Assembly (NCBI GenBank): GCA_020632495.1
Contig: JACKFL010000005.1
Location: 1,036,925 to 1,100,924 of the forward strand
Direction: 5' to 3'
DNA length: 64,000 nucleotides
From: Candidatus Omnitrophota bacterium
GTDB lineage: Bacteria > Omnitrophota > Gorgyraeia > Zapsychrales > Zapsychraceae
A program made the position numbers and the translations under genes. Under the pieces are notes generated by a model that did not search any database, was not told the origin of the DNA, and saw nothing but the letters and a program-made list of their open reading frames with translations. Below are positions 60,681 to 64,000 of this stretch, one piece after another (position 1 is the stretch's first letter; every line of letters begins with the position of its first letter).

Positions 60681-60916
60681 CGTGTATGCGTATATGCGTA
60701 TATGCGTGTATGCGTTTATGCGTTTATGCGTGGTTGGACCGGTACTTCAAGAACATTAGGGGATTGGGGTATCGGAGGAGGTAGGCATAGCGTTAATTAG
60801 ATCATCTGTGTAACGGTTGGCGGTATTCCATGCTCCGTTATTTCTTTGCGCCATCAGGAAACAGATCCCGCCCACCAACCCGCATAAACGCTTACACACA
60901 TAAACGCATATACCCA
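60681..60916. repeat. Nested inverted-repeat element with octamer array (CGTRTATG x6) and inner GGGGATT-type heptamers
   Basis: Left arm CGTGTATG CGTATATG CGTATATG CGTGTATG CGTTTATG CGTTTATG, then ...TTAGGGGATTGGGGTATCGG. Right arm ...CCCGCCCACCAACCC GCATAAACG CTTACACA CATAAACG CATATACC. Starts 1 nt after the transglutaminase stop. Confidence 0.85.
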
Positions 60917-61018
60917 CCCAGAATCCGCTATTTCTCCAAAAGCAAGTATTCACCCCCGCGCTCAGCTGTTATACTGAATCTGTTCGCTGTGAATCCTGAT
61001 AAAGGAAGGGGGGCCTTT

Positions 61019-61939
61019 ATGGATGGTACGAATCCGCCGCCGGAAAAGTCCGGTGATTTGAATTTCGAAAAAGTCGACGACGGCGCCAAAGGGCCGTCGC
61101 AATCCAATTGCGTCTTATGCCACGAACCGCTGACCTACCAGTATTACGAAGTCAACAGACAAGTTGTATGCCCTCCGTGTAAGGATAATATTGAGGCTCA
61201 AAACGAACAAAATAAAGGTGCCCAGAGGTATTTAAAGGCATTCATGTTTGGGTTGCCCGCAGGAATAGTGGGCTCCGGAATTTACTATGGCTTAACCGTT
61301 TTATTGGATGCGCAATGGGGGATCATGGCGATTGCAATTGGCTATCTCGTTGGCATTGCAGTGCGATATGGTTCAGGACATCGAGGCAGTATTGGTTTGC
61401 AAATTATGGCTGCGTTCATTACGTACTGTGCTATTTGTTCCACCTTCATTCCTCAAATAATTCAGGAATTGAAAAATGAACCGAATATCGAAGCTCTAAT
61501 CGAGGAAGACAACGTTGAAGATGTTGAGGAAGATGTATCCGGTAAAATGGAAATCGGCTCTATGTCAGCTGAAGAAGCCGAGGCGTTGACAAGTGGGGTA
61601 ATCACCGACGAGACTCTCGAGGAGTTTGACCGCTATTCTCCGGCCGGTGGTGTAACTACGCTGGAGAAACACCAGGAAGAAACCGAGGATGCGGCTCCAG
61701 CCATTTCGTCAGTCACAAGTGACCAGGCGGATTCCCAACAGGCAGAGGATATTACTTTGTCACAATTGCTCATGGGCTATTTTATGCTTTTTCTTATCGC
61801 GCTGATAGCACCATGGTTTGCCGGGCCGAGTTACTTCGTTGGTTGGTTAATTATCGGTATCGGCGTCTATCAGGCCTGGATCATGAACAAATACACACCG
61901 CTCGAATTCAAAGGTCCGTTTGATATCAAGCGGCGATAA
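61019..61939 (+). CDS. Zinc-ribbon-containing membrane protein, hypothetical
   Basis: MDGTNPPPEK...CVLCHEPLTYQYYEVNRQVVCPPCKD, then TM helices, an acidic linker and C-terminal TM helices. The track start at 60830 runs through the repeat element. Confidence 0.65.
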   Translation: MDGTNPPPEKSGDLNFEKVDDGAKGPSQSNCVLCHEPLTYQYYEVNRQVVCPPCKDNIEAQNEQNKGAQRYLKAFMFGLPAGIVGSGIYYGLTVLLDAQWGIMAIAIGYLVGIAVRYGSGHRGSIGLQIMAAFITYCAICSTFIPQIIQELKNEPNIEALIEEDNVEDVEEDVSGKMEIGSMSAEEAEALTSGVITDETLEEFDRYSPAGGVTTLEKHQEETEDAAPAISSVTSDQADSQQAEDITLSQLLMGYFMLFLIALIAPWFAGPSYFVGWLIIGIGVYQAWIMNKYTPLEFKGPFDIKRR

Positions 61940-61956
61940 TCCGGCCGCGACTTGCC

Positions 61957-62979
61957 ATGACGCAGTTCAACGTTGATCAATGTCCCAACTGCCGTTCGCA
62001 TATCGCGCCCGGTCTGCTGGTGTGCCCGGGCTGCAAGGCCCTCGTATACCGCGACCGGTTGCAAGCCATCGCCACAGAGGCATCCGCTGCCGAGGAACGC
62101 AGAGACTTTCCCGCGGCCCTCAAGCTCTGGCGTGAGGCCCTCCAATTGCTTCCGCCCGGTTCCGGTCAGTTCCTGACTATCCATCAAAAGCTTGAAAAAC
62201 TCCGTCCCAACGTCGACTCGCGGGCACTGGAGGAGGCGGAGCACGACAGGAAGATCCCCAAGCCGTTGATCGCCATGGGCGCCTTCGGGTTGGTGTTGTG
62301 GAAATTCAAATTCATCCTCGTGTTTTTGGCCACCAAGGCCAAGGTGCTTTTTCTCGGATTGACCAAGGCGCAGACCTTTCTGACGATGTTTCTGTCATTC
62401 GGTGTTTACTGGGCGGCGTGGGGATGGAAGTTTGCGCTGGGTTTGGTCCTGTCGATATACATTCACGAGATGGGCCATGTCTTCGCCCTGCAGCGGCTCG
62501 GCATCCAGGCCTCGGTCCCGACATTCATCCCGGGACTGGGTGCTCTGATCCGTCTGAAACAATATCCGTCCGGTCCGGTCGAAGACGCGCGCGTGGGCCT
62601 GGCCGGACCGATATGGGGACTGTTCGCCGCGCTGGCCTGCGCGGTCGTCTACACGCTCACCGGATGGGCGAGCTGGGGCGCGATCGCCAAGGTCGGCGCG
62701 TGGATCAATTTGTTCAATCTGATGCCCTTCGTCCCGCTCGACGGAGGGCGGGGATTCCGCTCGCTGACCCGCGTGCAAAAATGGATCGCGGTGGCGGTGA
62801 TCGCGCTGATGTGGATCATCTCGCATGAAGGACTGCTGGTGTTGATTCTCCTGATTGCGATCTTCAATGCCTTCAGCAAGAGCCAAGCCGCCTCCCCCGA
62901 CCACCGCGCGCTGATCGAGTATTGCGGATTGATGGTGGTGTTGACGGGGTTGAGTATGATGCCGGTGACAGTGGAGTAA
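61957..62979 (+). CDS. M50-family (site-2 protease-like) metalloprotease with N-terminal zinc ribbon
   Basis: CPNCRSHIAPGLLVCPGCKALVY, HEMGHVFAL (HExxH in a TM helix), and NLFNLMPFVPLDGGR (the second M50 motif). Confidence 0.88.
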   Translation: MTQFNVDQCPNCRSHIAPGLLVCPGCKALVYRDRLQAIATEASAAEERRDFPAALKLWREALQLLPPGSGQFLTIHQKLEKLRPNVDSRALEEAEHDRKIPKPLIAMGAFGLVLWKFKFILVFLATKAKVLFLGLTKAQTFLTMFLSFGVYWAAWGWKFALGLVLSIYIHEMGHVFALQRLGIQASVPTFIPGLGALIRLKQYPSGPVEDARVGLAGPIWGLFAALACAVVYTLTGWASWGAIAKVGAWINLFNLMPFVPLDGGRGFRSLTRVQKWIAVAVIALMWIISHEGLLVLILLIAIFNAFSKSQAASPDHRALIEYCGLMVVLTGLSMMPVTVE

Positions 62980-63002
62980 ACGGCGCCGGGCGGCGACAAA
63001 TT

Positions 63003-63197
63003 GAAGTCGGGATATGGGATACGGGATAAGGGATACGTGGTTTGCCCGTTATAAAAAGACCTCCATATGTGCCGACGATCTTGTGGTATCATGAAACCAA
63101 ACTGTTCGTATCACATATGGTTCGACTTCGCTCACCATCTGTAATTATCATCAAATTGAATCCCGAGCGGAGTCGAGGGATCCCGTATCCCGACTAG
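63003..63197. repeat. Heptamer-array inverted-repeat element (GGGATAN x4), homologous to 35392-35564, plus a small second hairpin
   Basis: GAAGTC GGGATAT GGGATAC GGGATAA GGGATAC G...AAACTGTTC GTATCAC ATATGG TTCGACTTC, then GAATCCCG...AGTCGAGGGATCCCGTATCCCGACT. Shares GGGATAAGGGATACG and ACTGTTCRTATCACATAT with the 35.4 kb copy. Confidence 0.85.
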
Positions 63198-63203
63198 GCA
63201 CTC

Positions 63204-63848
63204 ATGCGCATACCCCGCACCCCCTGGCTCCTCGCCACCTACCTCATCCTCCTGAGCCTCCTCTGGACGCTCAACGCGGGGTTTTTTATTGCCCAGCGCG
63301 CCTCGTCGACGATGATCAATGTCGCGGGCCAGGACGTCCTGACTGCGGCGCGCAAAGGTCTGGTCTGGCTGCAGGAAAATGATCCGGGGAATTTCACTGA
63401 ACACCGCGTCGCCTATCATCATCTGCAACAACTGCTCCTCGCTTACAAAGCGGAGTACGACCGCGGGACACCGGCCATCGATTTGATTGTCAGTGTACTG
63501 GCCGCCGTCACCGCGCTGATCTATCTAGTCACGGCCATCCTGTTGTTCGCGCGCCGGGTGCCTGCGGCGTGGACCTGGCTCCGCTGCGGCATGGCCGGCG
63601 TCGGCTTGCACTACGCCTTAATCACGATCGACTTTTGCCGCACCATGGTCCCGCTGAACACCGCGGTCAACCGGCTGCTCGACGTCTTCGGCATCGAGCA
63701 CGACGGCAGTGGGGTCGCCGGCCCGGTGTATTGGGTGGTGGCTGGCATTTTCGTGGTGAATGTCCTGTTTTATGTGATCCTGCCGGTGTGGCGTTTTCGG
63801 CGTATGCTAGATAGTCTAGATTATCCCGAAATTAATCCCCAACAATAG
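63204..63848 (+). CDS. Hypothetical polytopic membrane protein
   Basis: 214-aa ORF with about 5 hydrophobic helices. No family recognised. Confidence 0.55.
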   Translation: MRIPRTPWLLATYLILLSLLWTLNAGFFIAQRASSTMINVAGQDVLTAARKGLVWLQENDPGNFTEHRVAYHHLQQLLLAYKAEYDRGTPAIDLIVSVLAAVTALIYLVTAILLFARRVPAAWTWLRCGMAGVGLHYALITIDFCRTMVPLNTAVNRLLDVFGIEHDGSGVAGPVYWVVAGIFVVNVLFYVILPVWRFRRMLDSLDYPEINPQQ

Positions 63849-63923
63849 TTTATAGAAAGATCTCCATCCGGATGTGCCCCTGAGAAACGGATACATGATC
63901 CGCAAGGCATCAAGCAGCGTTGT

Positions 63924-64000
63924 GGGATTGGGGAAAGGCGCTATGATTGCAGGAGGGGTGAGGAGCTCAACGCTTTGTAGGGACTAGGGATTGGGGACTA
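63924..64000. repeat. Heptamer arrays GGGATTG GGGAAAG ... GGGACTA GGGATTG GGGACTA, truncated by the window end
   Basis: Read directly. GGGACTAGGGATT is also the reverse complement of part of the right arm at 32854-32866. Confidence 0.7.

Noticed and set aside
60681-60733. Possibility that the 7-8-mer arrays are CRISPR arrays
   Set aside because: The units are only 7-8 nt and directly abut one another with no spacers. No cas genes are present.

Overview
About 60% GC bacterial chromosomal window. The lineage cannot be assigned from the sequence alone; an environmental Gram-negative, possibly PVC/Omnitrophota-like, is only a guess. All roughly 50 supported CDS and both tRNAs are on the + strand. 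The long minus-strand ORFs in the track are antisense shadows of + strand genes.

Gene content in order:
- PRX_like2-type thiol oxidoreductase (5' truncated), a membrane-anchored hypothetical, a histidine phosphatase and a P-loop protein.
- A heat-shock supercluster: promoter+CIRCE-groES-groEL, a signal-peptide Hsp20, HtrA, HtpG.
- A 15.3 kb ORF (5,084 aa, 8722-23976) encoding a signal-peptide-bearing chain of many unrelated enzyme-like modules.
- An F420/NADP reductase-like gene and a tripartite RND efflux operon whose TolC-like component is fused to a periplasmic-binding-protein-like domain.
- Pirin, tRNA-Ser(CGA), L,D-transpeptidase, Tag, tRNA-Arg(CCG), sirtuin, MsrB, DUF547, TVP38 plus a disulfide oxidoreductase, a GH13-like hydrolase and DUF3500.
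- An MBOAT/SGNH-like/fused spermidine-synthase-like cluster.
- An ArsR-RND(MMPL/HAE3)-LolA-like-OM barrel-DUF2892 cluster.
- A twin-palindrome-controlled small-ORF/trxA/htrA unit and a second PRX_like2 paralog.
- A complete Anbu operon (ATP-grasp, alpha-E, Anbu, transglutaminase), then a zinc-ribbon membrane protein with an M50 protease.

Main hunting results:
1. The giant ORF is modular, and its modules are bracketed by a recurring D-x-A-V-L pentapeptide. It also has a distinctive GGIDFNP...NLPLLLGL C-terminal tail.
2. A dispersed family of intergenic elements is built from degenerate tandem heptamers/octamers in inverted arrangement. Most sit directly after stop codons.
3. An orphan promoter-hairpin-terminator unit is a candidate sRNA.
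4. Twin perfect palindromes lie ahead of a thioredoxin/HtrA stress unit.

No rRNA, CRISPR array, transposase or integrase was seen.
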